DNA of 64,000 nt from Alphaproteobacteria bacterium (lineage in GTDB: Bacteria > Pseudomonadota > Alphaproteobacteria > UBA2966): contig OZ219856.1 of NCBI GenBank assembly GCA_964291395.2, positions 1,248,001-1,312,000 of the forward strand. The letters run 5' to 3'. Of the stretch, positions 10,022-19,986 are shown one piece after another. Position numbers and translations under genes: made by a program. Numbering within the stretch: position 1 is the stretch's first letter; each line of letters opens with the position of its first letter. Under the pieces are notes generated by a model. The model saw only the letters and a program-made list of their open reading frames with translations. It was not told the DNA's origin and searched no databases.

Positions 10022-10726
10022 ATGGATGTCCACGCCAGCATCAGCGAAGCCTTGAAGGCGGGGCGCAGCACCCTCGACGAGGAAAGCGGCAAGCGGGTGC
10101 TGGCGGCGAACGGAATCAAGGTTCCGGCCTCGCTGCTGATTGCGGAACCCGACGGCGCATCCGGCGCATTCACGAAATTGAGTCCCCCTCTCGTAGCCAA
10201 GATCGTGTCGCCCGACGTCGTCCACAAGAGCGACATCGGCGGCGTCAAGGTCCGCATCGGCTCGGCCGAAGAACTCGAGACCGCGCTGCGCGAGATCGAA
10301 TCCGCCGCCAAGGCGCACACGGACAACATCGAAGGGTATCTCGTCGAAGAAATGGCGCCGGCAGGTCACGAGGTAGTGGTGGGCGGTTCAACCGACCAGA
10401 CCTTCGGACCCATCGTCATGTTCGGCCTGGGCGGGATTTTCGTCGAGGTCCTTGCGGACGTGGCCTTCCGCATCTGCCCCATCACGCCGGTCGATGCCCG
10501 GGAGATGATCGACGAGCTCAAGGCAGTGAAGCTCCTGCGAGGTGCCCGGGGAGGCATTCATGCGTCGGAAGAGGCCATCGTCGATACGCTGCTCAAGGTG
10601 GGCGGCGAGGACGGAATGATGCTCGCGCTCGAGGGCAAGGTCACGGAGATCGATATCAATCCGCTCATCGTGTCCGAGAACGAGGCCATCGCGGTGGATG
10701 CACGGTTCGTCCTGAAACGGGACTGA
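10022..10726 (+). CDS. ADP-forming acyl-CoA synthetase beta subunit (ATP-grasp)
   Basis: KIVSPDVVHKSDIGGVKV, FGPIVMFGLGGIFVEVLADV, EIDINPL, AVDAR. GGAG 9 nt before ATG 10022. Confidence 0.85.
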   Translation: MDVHASISEALKAGRSTLDEESGKRVLAANGIKVPASLLIAEPDGASGAFTKLSPPLVAKIVSPDVVHKSDIGGVKVRIGSAEELETALREIESAAKAHTDNIEGYLVEEMAPAGHEVVVGGSTDQTFGPIVMFGLGGIFVEVLADVAFRICPITPVDAREMIDELKAVKLLRGARGGIHASEEAIVDTLLKVGGEDGMMLALEGKVTEIDINPLIVSENEAIAVDARFVLKRD

Positions 10727-10734
10727 CCGGCATC

Positions 10735-12210
10735 ATGGGCGGCAGCGTTCGATCATTGGTCGCCGAGGCCGATATTCGGGAGCGGTTCCGCCCGCTCTTC
10801 CAGCCCCGCACCTATGCGATCGTCGGTGCCTCGACCTCCAAGGTGACTCTCGGCAACGAGATGATCCATCACCTTCGCAGCATGGATTACGACGGCGTCG
10901 TCTATCCGATCCATCCCAGGGCCGATGAAGTGGAGGGCCTGAAGGCCTATCCGTCGCTCGGCGAGACGCCCGAGCCCGTGGATTTCGCCTACATCGTCGT
11001 CGCGGCGCCCCAGGTGCCGGAAACCATCGCCGCGGCCGGGGGGCGCGTGAAATACGCGCTCGTGGTCTCGAGCGGCTTCGGCGAGCGTGCGGAGAGTCGA
11101 GGCCTTCAGGAACGTCTCCTGCGTTCGGCGCGCGAGGCCGGCGTCCGCGTCATCGGCCCGAACTGTCTCGGCACGTACTGTCCAAGCGGCCGCGTCACCT
11201 TCATCGCGGGGTCCGCCAGGGACCCCGGCCCGGTCGGCGTCATCTCGCAGTCGGGTGGTCTGGGGGTCGATATCATCCGCCGCGGCAGCATCCGCGGCAT
11301 TCGCTTCAGCCGTCTCGTGACGGTGGGTAACAGCGCCGATCTCGGCGCCAACGATATCCTCGAGTTCTATGCCGCGGATCCGGCGACCAAGGTGATCGGG
11401 CTCTACGCCGAGGGGATCGACGACGGCCGCCGTTTCTTCGAGATCCTGCGGAATCTCGATGGCGAAAAGCCGATCGTTCTGATGAAGGGCGGGATGACGG
11501 AGCAGGGGAAGCGTGCCGCCGCTTCCCACACGGGAGCGTTGGCCAGCGACGAACGCGTCTGGTCGGCACTCGCCGAACAGACGGGACTCGTGCTCGTCGA
11601 TACGCTGGAGGAATTCCTGGATGCCCTGTTGGCGTTTCAGTTTCTGAAGCCCAGGGTCGATCACCCGACGCGAGACGTGGTGATGTTCGGCAACGGTGGC
11701 GGCGCGAGCGTCCTCGCGACCGATTTCTTCGCGCGGGCCGGTTTGGAAGTGCCTGAATTCGGGGATGAGACCACCCGTTTTCTCGAAGGGATGAATTTTC
11801 CGCCCGGGACGAGCATCGACAATCCGATCGATGCGCCGGGTGGAACGCTGCGGGTGGATGATGGGCGCATCGCCGGGAGGATCGTGGACGCCGTCTACGC
11901 GTCGGGCGAGCCCGACGCGTTCGTCATGCACATCAACGTTCCCGTCTTCACCCTGTCCTACGACCAGGAGGCGGACTACACCGCGCACATGGTGGAGTCG
12001 TCGTTGGAGGCCCAGACGCGGGCGTCGGCGCGTACCCATTTCCTTCTCGTGCTGCGCTCCGACGGGTCGCTGGAAGTCGAGGAGCGCAAGGCCACCGATC
12101 GGCAGAACGTTCAGGCTCTGGGCGTTCCGGTGTTCGACGAGCTGCCTAACGCGGCGGGCGCTCTCGCGGCGATGCGCCACTACGAACGCTTTCTGCAGAA
12201 ACGGCTCTGA
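10735..12210 (+). CDS. ADP-forming acyl-CoA synthetase alpha subunit (CoA-binding)
   Basis: AIVGAS, YPIHP, GPNCLG, SQSGG, phospho-His AASHTGALA, NPID. Confidence 0.87.
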   Translation: MGGSVRSLVAEADIRERFRPLFQPRTYAIVGASTSKVTLGNEMIHHLRSMDYDGVVYPIHPRADEVEGLKAYPSLGETPEPVDFAYIVVAAPQVPETIAAAGGRVKYALVVSSGFGERAESRGLQERLLRSAREAGVRVIGPNCLGTYCPSGRVTFIAGSARDPGPVGVISQSGGLGVDIIRRGSIRGIRFSRLVTVGNSADLGANDILEFYAADPATKVIGLYAEGIDDGRRFFEILRNLDGEKPIVLMKGGMTEQGKRAAASHTGALASDERVWSALAEQTGLVLVDTLEEFLDALLAFQFLKPRVDHPTRDVVMFGNGGGASVLATDFFARAGLEVPEFGDETTRFLEGMNFPPGTSIDNPIDAPGGTLRVDDGRIAGRIVDAVYASGEPDAFVMHINVPVFTLSYDQEADYTAHMVESSLEAQTRASARTHFLLVLRSDGSLEVEERKATDRQNVQALGVPVFDELPNAAGALAAMRHYERFLQKRL

Positions 12211-12295
12211 TCTCCTCCGGCAAGCCGCCGCGAACGCCAACGGAAATCGTGTCGGGACGACATGATCGCCATGTAGGATCGCCGGAGTCCGCCGC

Positions 12296-13198
12296 TCACG
12301 CCGGGGGTGGCGGCGAGACCACTTCCTCGTACGGATGCTTCCGCGTGATCAGCCCGGCGTGGAGGAACACGTCCTGCGTCGCCTCGTAGGCTTCCGGCGT
12401 GATCTCCACGTGCGGTGTCCAGCAGCCGAGTCCCTGATAGAAGGCGATGGTATCGATCAACACCGTGGTGTGGATGTCGGGAAAGAATTCTTTCTCGGCA
12501 CGGGCGATTTCCGCTGCCGGCGTATCGTTGACCCAGGCGCGTGATTTGCGGTAGGCGCGCATGAACGCGGCCGCCATGTCGGTTTCCAGCCAGTCCCGCA
12601 TGCCGGCGAGGCTCGAAAAGGCGCAGGGGCCGATGGCGGCGCCGACCGACGCGACGACGTGGCCGACGCCGTCGTGTTCCAGCTGCTGAGGCGCGGGGCC
12701 TTGTTGATGGATGTAGGTCCCTTCGCCGGCGCGGAAGGCGGCATCCATCGAATCGACGTCACCGGCGTCCACCGCATCGATCGAGGCGTAATCGAGGCCC
12801 GATTTGTGGCAGGCGTACTTGAACATGGCGAGCGGCTGCCCGAAATGGTCGACGAGGACCTTCTCGCCGGCGAGCTTGCTCCAGGAGAAATCGGGGTCGG
12901 GTTCCCGCGCCGCGACGAGGAAGCCGTCCATCTCGTTGATCTGGGCAAAGTGCGCGAAGTCCGGTTTCTGGCCGCGTTCCAGCACCAGGAAGCCTTGCGC
13001 TGGTGCCGACTGCACGACATCCGACGTGCCGTCGAGCAGGGACGCGATGGCCGACTTGCCCGGCGGCGACACGCGGTACTCCGGTTCCAATCCTTCTTCT
13101 TCGAGGAAGCCCGCGGCGATGGTGCCGATCAGCGGACTATAGAACGCGGAGAAGCGCGAGAACTCGATTCTGATCTGGGTCAAGGTTCGGGCCTCCAT
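12296..13198 (-). CDS. NMT1/THI5-like periplasmic-binding-fold protein, no signal peptide
   Basis: SAFYSP...GFLEEEGLE N-terminus, FAQINEMDGFLVAAR, FMRAYRKSRAWV. Confidence 0.7.
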   Translation of the reverse strand: MEARTLTQIRIEFSRFSAFYSPLIGTIAAGFLEEEGLEPEYRVSPPGKSAIASLLDGTSDVVQSAPAQGFLVLERGQKPDFAHFAQINEMDGFLVAAREPDPDFSWSKLAGEKVLVDHFGQPLAMFKYACHKSGLDYASIDAVDAGDVDSMDAAFRAGEGTYIHQQGPAPQQLEHDGVGHVVASVGAAIGPCAFSSLAGMRDWLETDMAAAFMRAYRKSRAWVNDTPAAEIARAEKEFFPDIHTTVLIDTIAFYQGLGCWTPHVEITPEAYEATQDVFLHAGLITRKHPYEEVVSPPPPA

Positions 13199-13292
13199 GA
13201 CATGTTCTTCGGTGTCCGGGCGCGCGGCGGCCCGGACATCTTGCTACGCTATGCCATGTAGGACACGATCATCAAAGGGCGTGGGAGCCTCC

Positions 13293-14330
13293 ATGAAGTG
13301 GTCACGCAGCATGACGGTGGTGGGCGCCCACGCCGAAGGCGAAGTCGGCCGGGTGGTCACCGGAGGCGTGCTTCCGCCGCCCGGTGACACGCTTTTCGAG
13401 CAACGTGAATACCTGCGCACCCGGGACGACGGCTTGCGCAAGTTCCTGTTGTTCGAGCCGCGTGGCGGCGCCTTCTGTCACGCCAATTTGATCGTGCCGC
13501 CCAAGGACCCGCGAGCCCGGGCGGGCTTCATCATCATGGAGGCCACCGACTACCCGCCGATGTCGGGCTCCAACACCATGTGTGTCGTCACGGTGCTGCT
13601 CGAGACCGGCATGGTGGAGATGGAGGAGCCCGAGACGCGGCTGACATTGGAGACTCCGGGCGGACTGATCGAGGTCGCGGCGACCTGTCGGGACGGAAAG
13701 TGCGAATCGGTCGCCGTGACCAACGTGCCGTGCTTCGCCTCCAGACTCGACGCCGTCGTGGACGTGGAGGGTCTCGGGACGCTGTCGGTCGACATCGCCT
13801 ACGGCGGAGCCTTCTTTGCCATCGTCGATTCGCAGGCGCTGGGATTCGACCTGACCGGCTCGGAAGCCCGCCAGCTCGTCGAGACGGGGGAGGCCATAAA
13901 GGCGGCTGTCGCCGAACAGCATCCCGTCGCGCATCCCGAGAACCCGGATATCCACACCGTGACCTTCGTCGAGTTCGCGGCCCCCCTGGAAGTGGACGCA
14001 GGGGGACGGAAGGTCGGTCGCAACGCCGTGGTGATCTCGCCTGGAAAGATCGACAGATCCCCTTGCGGTACGGGAAGCTCGGCCCGCCTCGCGGTGCTGC
14101 ACGCGCGCGGCGAGGTCGGTCCCGGCGAGACGTTCCTGAGCCGGTCTCCGATCGATACGGAGTTCAAGTGCCGGATCGTCGAGACGGTCGAGGTCGGCGG
14201 CGTCCCGGCGATCGTGCCCGAGATCGCGGGACGGGCCTGGATCACGGGCGTTCACGAGTTCGGACTCGATCCCACCGACCCGTTTCCCGAAGGCTACACG
14301 CTCTCCGACACCTGGTACCGCGCCCTCTGA
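13293..14330 (+). CDS. Proline racemase/hydroxyproline epimerase family protein (Ser/Cys type)
   Basis: HAEGEVGRVVTGG, LFEPRG, PPMSGSN, DIAYGG, DRSPCGTG. Confidence 0.9.
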   Translation: MKWSRSMTVVGAHAEGEVGRVVTGGVLPPPGDTLFEQREYLRTRDDGLRKFLLFEPRGGAFCHANLIVPPKDPRARAGFIIMEATDYPPMSGSNTMCVVTVLLETGMVEMEEPETRLTLETPGGLIEVAATCRDGKCESVAVTNVPCFASRLDAVVDVEGLGTLSVDIAYGGAFFAIVDSQALGFDLTGSEARQLVETGEAIKAAVAEQHPVAHPENPDIHTVTFVEFAAPLEVDAGGRKVGRNAVVISPGKIDRSPCGTGSSARLAVLHARGEVGPGETFLSRSPIDTEFKCRIVETVEVGGVPAIVPEIAGRAWITGVHEFGLDPTDPFPEGYTLSDTWYRAL

Positions 14331-14388
14331 CGACTCGGTTTATTCACGGAAGTCGGACCCAAGGATCGCACGCGGGAAATCCGGACGC

Positions 14389-15135
14389 TCAGTCCGCACC
14401 GATTCGGTATTGTCTGAGGGTTTCGTAAAAGGGTCGGCACGTTTCGGCCAATTCGGCCTGCGCGTCGGACAGCTTGGGGCGGGATGCCTTCGGAGGTGCG
14501 AAGCCGGTCGAGGCTTCCACGCTGGCGTACCAATGTTTGGCCCAGATGCCGTCCGTGCTCCGCGGGCCGATGGGCCAGCTCAACATCTCTTCCCGGAAGG
14601 ACAATCGGAGGGCCGCGCAGAGGGCCTTCAGAACCTTCTCCGGATCTGCCAGCACGTCCGCCGAATCCAGCACGGGCGGGGGATCGCTCCGCTCGCGCAT
14701 GACCGCGTCGAATATGCCTGCCTGCTGGGGGTATCCGAGGTCCTCCGGTGTCGCGGTCTCCCGCACCCGTTCATACGAGGCCACCACGTCACGTGGATCG
14801 CGAATCAGAAAGCAGTTGTGAAGACGGCCCAACCAGGCGTGACCGACTTCGGGAAGGATGTGGTGGGTCATGTGCTTCTGGTACCAAACCGGCCGTTCGT
14901 CAGGCGGCGGGCCGGTGATCTGTTCCACGATCTCTCGCCAATCGGTCGGCATTGCGCGGATGATCTCGTCTCGCCCGGGATGATCCGCCCCCGTCCGGCG
15001 CAGGTAGTAGCCGTAAAACGGTTCGTCCGTGACCACGGCGTCGGGGCGGTTCTCCCAGGCCCGCATCAACGCGGTGGAAACGTTCCGCGGTCCCGACCAC
15101 ATGGCGATGCGGACGGTCTCGGTTCCCCCCTTCAT
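14389..15135 (-). CDS. Sulfotransferase-like P-loop protein (family often linked to class IV aminotransferases)
   Basis: IAMWSGPRNVSTALMRAW, DEPFY, YQKHMTHH, FLIRDP, DGIWAKHWY..VEASTGF. Confidence 0.8.
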   Translation of the reverse strand: MKGGTETVRIAMWSGPRNVSTALMRAWENRPDAVVTDEPFYGYYLRRTGADHPGRDEIIRAMPTDWREIVEQITGPPPDERPVWYQKHMTHHILPEVGHAWLGRLHNCFLIRDPRDVVASYERVRETATPEDLGYPQQAGIFDAVMRERSDPPPVLDSADVLADPEKVLKALCAALRLSFREEMLSWPIGPRSTDGIWAKHWYASVEASTGFAPPKASRPKLSDAQAELAETCRPFYETLRQYRIGAD

Positions 15136-15145
15136 GATGCAGGAC

Positions 15146-16606
15146 TCAGGCGGCGAGACGCCTTTCGCTCAGGACGGCTTCGGCTTCGGCCTCGATGGCG
15201 GTGCCCTTGAAGAAGTCCGGGTTCATGCCGCCGTGCATGGCGACGGCGTTGGCGAATGTAAAGTCGCGGAAGTCCTCATGCGTAAGGACACCGTCCTCGA
15301 CCAGTTCGTAGGATTGGGCCAGCACCTTGGTGGCGTCTTGGACATCCCAGTGCCCGATGTCCGACCCCAGCATCGCATTGAACCGGACGTTCATCTCGTT
15401 CACCCGGCGGTCGAAGGCCCAGGCGATGCAGCGGTCGTCTGCTTCGCAGCCGAAGAAGAAGTTGGGAATGAACAGGTCCCGGATGTCTTCCTCCGTCTCG
15501 ATGGCGCAGGCCGCCCATTCGTCGAGGTCCGCCTCGTCCTCCGGGTTGTTCCAGAACGCCGGATTGATGTAACCGACCAATTCTTCGGCTTTGGCCTTGA
15601 CGCGGTCGCCGCCATGCTCGGTGATCAGGGCGAGCAGCGCGTCGCGGTCGATGTTGGCAGGGTTCAGGTCACGCTCGAGGGCGTTTCGGTTTCGCTTCTC
15701 CCAGTGCTCGATGATGTCGTGGTAGAGGCTCACTGCCCAGGCGACGCCGCATTCCAGAAAGCCGATCCTGAGGTCCGGAAAACGCCGGGTCACGCCACCG
15801 AAGAACATGGCCTTGCAGCACGCCTCCGATGACTCGGCGAAGTTGTGGATGTGGTTGTAGTTGAAGCTCGTGGGCGAGGTCCGGTTGGGCCAGCCCATGC
15901 CATGACTGTGGGTCGTGGGCGCGACCTTCAATTCGCGGCATTTTGCCCACAGCGGGTCGTAGTCGTACAGGCCGTCCATGCCCAGCGGGTCGAGCCAGAA
16001 GGATGCGGCCACGGCCCCGCCGGCTTCCGTTTCAATGGGACGACGCACCACGCCTTCCATCATCATCGCCTTCATGCCGAGCTGATGGACCGCGAATTCG
16101 AGCTCTTCTATGGCCTCGTCCGGTGTGTGCATGGGGATGGTAGCCACGGTCATGATGCGGTCCCCGTGAGCCCGGAAGGCATCGGCGTTCATGAGGTTGT
16201 TGGCGCGCACCACTGACCGGCGAAGCTCGTCGTCTGCGATCGCCAGCGTGTGCAGACCCAGAGTCGGGTAGACGATGGTGAAGTCGATCCCGAATTCGTC
16301 CATGCGTTCACGCCACAGGCGCGGCACCATGGCGGTGGCCCGGTCGACTGTCTTACCGGCCAGGGCCCAATGAGGCGGCCGCTTGATGCGCCGCTCGCGC
16401 ACCTCGTCGCGCGAGCGGTTGTACCAGCCCCAGAACCGGCCATTCGTCATCAGGCTCTTGTAGCGGTCGACCATCCCCGGCCCGGCCACTTCATCGAGGT
16501 AGCCGTGGAGGACCGGTTCGATCTCGATCATGTGCCCGTCGTTGTCGATGACCGGGTGGTCGAGCGTCTCCCGGATGGCGGCAGAGTCCGTTTTGCTGTC
16601 GTGCAT
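15146..16606 (-). CDS. Amidohydrolase-2 family protein
   Basis: VIDNDGH, MDEFGIDFTIVYPT, RFPDLRIGFLECGVAW, GSDIGHWD. Confidence 0.85.
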   Translation of the reverse strand: MHDSKTDSAAIRETLDHPVIDNDGHMIEIEPVLHGYLDEVAGPGMVDRYKSLMTNGRFWGWYNRSRDEVRERRIKRPPHWALAGKTVDRATAMVPRLWRERMDEFGIDFTIVYPTLGLHTLAIADDELRRSVVRANNLMNADAFRAHGDRIMTVATIPMHTPDEAIEELEFAVHQLGMKAMMMEGVVRRPIETEAGGAVAASFWLDPLGMDGLYDYDPLWAKCRELKVAPTTHSHGMGWPNRTSPTSFNYNHIHNFAESSEACCKAMFFGGVTRRFPDLRIGFLECGVAWAVSLYHDIIEHWEKRNRNALERDLNPANIDRDALLALITEHGGDRVKAKAEELVGYINPAFWNNPEDEADLDEWAACAIETEEDIRDLFIPNFFFGCEADDRCIAWAFDRRVNEMNVRFNAMLGSDIGHWDVQDATKVLAQSYELVEDGVLTHEDFRDFTFANAVAMHGGMNPDFFKGTAIEAEAEAVLSERRLAA

Positions 16607-16831
16607 GCTGAATCCCCCGAATGGGCGGGTCGGTCAGGTAGACGTTAGCATTCCTCTCCGGGCAACCACAGGCGGGTAGGGGGAAGCGGAACCGCAAACG
16701 GCCCGGCCAATGAATGCCGGTTGCGGTTTTCTTGAATTCCTCACCTCCTCCTGGCGTCGCCTTAGGCTACGCAGAGGCGGGAGAAAGGGGAGAGGGTGGA
16801 AAGGGGCGTGCTCGGATACGTGAGCCCGGCG

Positions 16832-17053
16832 TCAGACTTCCAGGACCGCGATCTCCTGATCCTCGGTAACCTCGTCACCCTCGCCGACCAGGAATTCCTT
16901 GATCGTGCCGTCGGTGTCCACCATGACCGGGATTTCCATCTTCATGGATTCCAGGATCATGATCTCGTCGCCGTCGGAGACTTCGTCGCCGACGCTGGCG
17001 ACGATCTTCCATACCTTGCCCGTCATTTCCGATCTGACACGTTCTTCTGCCAC
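16832..17053 (-). CDS. Stand-alone biotin carboxyl carrier protein
   Basis: 73 aa, biotinylation motif ILESMKMEIPV, GTG start with GGAG SD. Confidence 0.9.
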   Translation of the reverse strand: MAEERVRSEMTGKVWKIVASVGDEVSDGDEIMILESMKMEIPVMVDTDGTIKEFLVGEGDEVTEDQEIAVLEV

Positions 17054-17089
17054 CGCGAATTCTCCTGGTTCGGTGTTTCCTGAGCGCCG

Positions 17090-18439
17090 TCACGCCTTGA
17101 GGGATGCAACGACCTCTTCCGCCAGTCCCGTGTGCACGGCACCGGAGACGAAGCTTTCGTTCTTCAGCGTCTCCCGGATGAACGGGATGTTGGTCTTTAT
17201 GCCGTCGATCTCGAATTCGTCAAGGGCGTCGCCGAGTTTGCGGATCGCGCCGTTCCGATCCCCTGCGTGGACGATGACCTTGGCGATCAGGGGGTCGTAG
17301 TAGGGGGTGATCGTTCCGCCTTCGGCGAAGCCGGTATCGACCCGGATGCCATCCCCGTGCGGGGGACGGAACACGTGGAGAGGCCCGGGAGAGGGAAGGA
17401 ACTTGATCGGGTCCTCCGCGTAGACGCGTGCCTGAATGGAGTGACCCGAAACCTCCACGTTTTCCGGCATGATGTCGTCGAGCCGGTAGCCGTAGGCACT
17501 CTTCATCTGTGCGGCGACGATATCGATCCCTGTGATCTCCTCCGTCACGCCGTGCTCCACCTGAAGCCGGGTGTTCATCTCGAGGAAGTTGAAGCCGCCG
17601 TCGCCGTCATAGAGCGTCTCGATGGTGCCGATGTTGTTATAGCCCATCCCGGTCAGAATGCCGGCCGCCGAGTCGGCCGGTCGCACGACCACCTCGCGGG
17701 CGAGAGCCGGCGCCGGCGCTTCTTCGATCACCTTTTGATGGCGGCGCTGGACGGAACAGTCGCGTTCGAACAGGTGTCGCGTGTTGCCGTGCTCGTCCGC
17801 CACCATTTGGAACTCGATGTGCCGCGGCTGTTCCAGGAGTCGCTCGAGATAGACCTCCGCGGTTCCGAAGCTCCGCTCCGCCATCGACCGGGCGCGCTTC
17901 AGCATCTTCACGAGTTGCTCGCCGTCCCGGGCCGGCAGCATACCGATTCCCCCACCGCCGCCCGCGGGCTTGATGAGAACCGGAAAGCCGATCTCCTCGG
18001 CGGCGGCGAGCGCCGCCTCGTCATCACCCAGTACATCGGAGCTCGACCCCATGGGCATGCCGTGCTCCTTCATCATGTCGCGGGCCCGGGTCTTGTGACC
18101 CATCGCTTCGAGCCACCGCGGGGCGGGTCCGATGAAGCGGCAGTCCGAGGCCTCCACGCGCGCCGCGAACTCGTGGTTTTCCGCCAGGAATCCGTATCCG
18201 GGATGCAGGCCGTCGGCGCCGGTCCTCTTCACGACGTCCAGAATGGCGTCTTGATCGAGATAGCTCTCCGCCGGCGCCGCACCCCCTATGCAATGGGCCT
18301 CGCTGGCTTCGGCGAGATAGGGGGCGTTCTCGTCGGCTTCCGAATAGAGGGCGATGGATTTGACGCCCAGGTCATCGAGGGCGCGGATGATGCGCGCCGC
18401 GGCAGCGCCGCGATTCGCGACGACGACTTTTTCGAACAT
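17090..18439 (-). CDS. Biotin carboxylase
   Basis: VANRG, HPGYGFLAEN, GGGGIGM, ERDCSVQRRHQK, EMNTRLQVEH, YYDPLIAK. Confidence 0.95.
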   Translation of the reverse strand: MFEKVVVANRGAAAARIIRALDDLGVKSIALYSEADENAPYLAEASEAHCIGGAAPAESYLDQDAILDVVKRTGADGLHPGYGFLAENHEFAARVEASDCRFIGPAPRWLEAMGHKTRARDMMKEHGMPMGSSSDVLGDDEAALAAAEEIGFPVLIKPAGGGGGIGMLPARDGEQLVKMLKRARSMAERSFGTAEVYLERLLEQPRHIEFQMVADEHGNTRHLFERDCSVQRRHQKVIEEAPAPALAREVVVRPADSAAGILTGMGYNNIGTIETLYDGDGGFNFLEMNTRLQVEHGVTEEITGIDIVAAQMKSAYGYRLDDIMPENVEVSGHSIQARVYAEDPIKFLPSPGPLHVFRPPHGDGIRVDTGFAEGGTITPYYDPLIAKVIVHAGDRNGAIRKLGDALDEFEIDGIKTNIPFIRETLKNESFVSGAVHTGLAEEVVASLKA

Positions 18440-18450
18440 GGAAATCCCGG

Positions 18451-19986
18451 TCAGAAGGTGGTGGGCCAGTTGCCCAGCTGATGCTTGGAGATGCCCCCCG
18501 TGCGGTCCCGGTTGTGCACCTCGAGCAGCCGGGCGATCACTTGGCGCGTCTCCCGCGGGTCGATCACGAACTGCGAGGAATAGATGCTGGCGAGGTCGTA
18601 GGCGGAAGACGCTTCCGTGACCTCCTTGAGGTGCTTTGCGAACAGCTCACGATCCTGCTCGTAGGTTACGCCATACACGACATTCACCGCGACGTTCGGG
18701 TCCATGAATCCGATGTCGGCGGAAGGCCAGGCAAGCATCTCGTCGGCGTTCCTGGTGCCCGCCATGTTGAGGTAGGCCTGACCGTAGCTCTTGCGCATGA
18801 CGATCGAGACCTTCGGCACGGTGCAGAGCTGCATCGCCGACATGAAGTTCATGATGCGGCCCGGCGCCTTCTTCACCTCTCCGGCCAGCCCGATGAGGAA
18901 CCCGGGCGTATCCGTCAGAAAGATCAGGGGGACGTTGAAGGAATCGCAGAGTATGAGGAAGCTGGTGACCTTGTCGCAGGCGTCGGGGTCGAGGGCCCCC
19001 GCCTTGAACAAGGGGTTCGAGCACACGTAACCCACCGTCCGGCCGTTGATGCGCGCGAGTGCCGTGGTGGCCGCGCGCGCGAAACGGGGTTTCACCTCGA
19101 ACACGCTGTCTTTGTCGGAGAGCGCCGCGATCACCTTGCGCATGTCGTAGACCTTCTGGCGCTCCGCGGGAACGATATCGAGAATTTTTCGTGCCGTGTC
19201 GTCCGATCCCGCCGGCACGGCCCCCTCCGGCGGTCGTTCGTTGTGGTGGCTGGGCAGATAACTCAGAAACTTTTTGATGAGGTCGAGGGCCTCTTCATCC
19301 GTGTCGGTGGCGTAGTCGACCTTGCCGGTGATCTCGGATTGCATTTTCCAGCCGCCGAGTTCTTCGGGGTCCACCTTTTCCTTGATCGCGATTTCCGTGA
19401 CCTTGGGGCTGGATACGGCCAGCACGCCGCCTTTACGCATCGCGACGAAGTCCGACAGTTGCGTGAACCAACAGGCGGTCCCGTATGCTGGACCCAGCAC
19501 CGCGGCGGCATAGGGCACCTCGCGACGACGGATGAACTGCTCCGGGTCCTGGCCCAGTGCGCCCGTGCCGACGGCGCCCATGGTGTCGGGAATGCGCGCG
19601 CCGGACGACTCGTTCAGCAGCACGAGCGGGATGCCGTTCTTGACCGCGGTCTCGCGCATGTGACGCATCTTCTTGACGTTGGTCAGGCTGCTCGAGGCTC
19701 CTTTGACGGAGAGATCGTGCGAGACCACGGCGGCTTCGCGTCCGTTGATTCGCCCGTAGCCGCAGACCTTGCCGTCGGTCGGGGTCGATGCCTGCGCCTC
19801 GGGAATGAACGAGGTGGCGAAAAGGCCCGATTCGATGAAGGTCCCTTCGTCGAACAGGTAGTCGATGCGTTCGCGCGCGTGCAGGCTGCCGCGGGCCTTG
19901 ACCCTGGCGACGCGTTCGGGGCCGCCCATGGCCAGCGCGTGCTCACGGCGCTTCTCGTAATCATCCAGGATCGCGTCGAACGACAT
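18451..19986 (-). CDS. Acyl-CoA carboxylase carboxyltransferase (beta) subunit 1
   Basis: RERIDYLFD, DGKVCGYGRINGR, EELGG, DTPGFLIG, RKSYG, VIDPRETR. Confidence 0.9.
   Translation of the reverse strand: MSFDAILDDYEKRREHALAMGGPERVARVKARGSLHARERIDYLFDEGTFIESGLFATSFIPEAQASTPTDGKVCGYGRINGREAAVVSHDLSVKGASSSLTNVKKMRHMRETAVKNGIPLVLLNESSGARIPDTMGAVGTGALGQDPEQFIRRREVPYAAAVLGPAYGTACWFTQLSDFVAMRKGGVLAVSSPKVTEIAIKEKVDPEELGGWKMQSEITGKVDYATDTDEEALDLIKKFLSYLPSHHNERPPEGAVPAGSDDTARKILDIVPAERQKVYDMRKVIAALSDKDSVFEVKPRFARAATTALARINGRTVGYVCSNPLFKAGALDPDACDKVTSFLILCDSFNVPLIFLTDTPGFLIGLAGEVKKAPGRIMNFMSAMQLCTVPKVSIVMRKSYGQAYLNMAGTRNADEMLAWPSADIGFMDPNVAVNVVYGVTYEQDRELFAKHLKEVTEASSAYDLASIYSSQFVIDPRETRQVIARLLEVHNRDRTGGISKHQLGNWPTTF

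Noticed and set aside
16690-16806. Bulged hairpin (AACCGCAA...TTGCGGTT) and purine/pyrimidine-rich tract between BCCP and the amidohydrolase
   Set aside because: Single copy, imperfect pairing, and the U-tract is on the strand opposite the flanking genes. Cannot be assigned.
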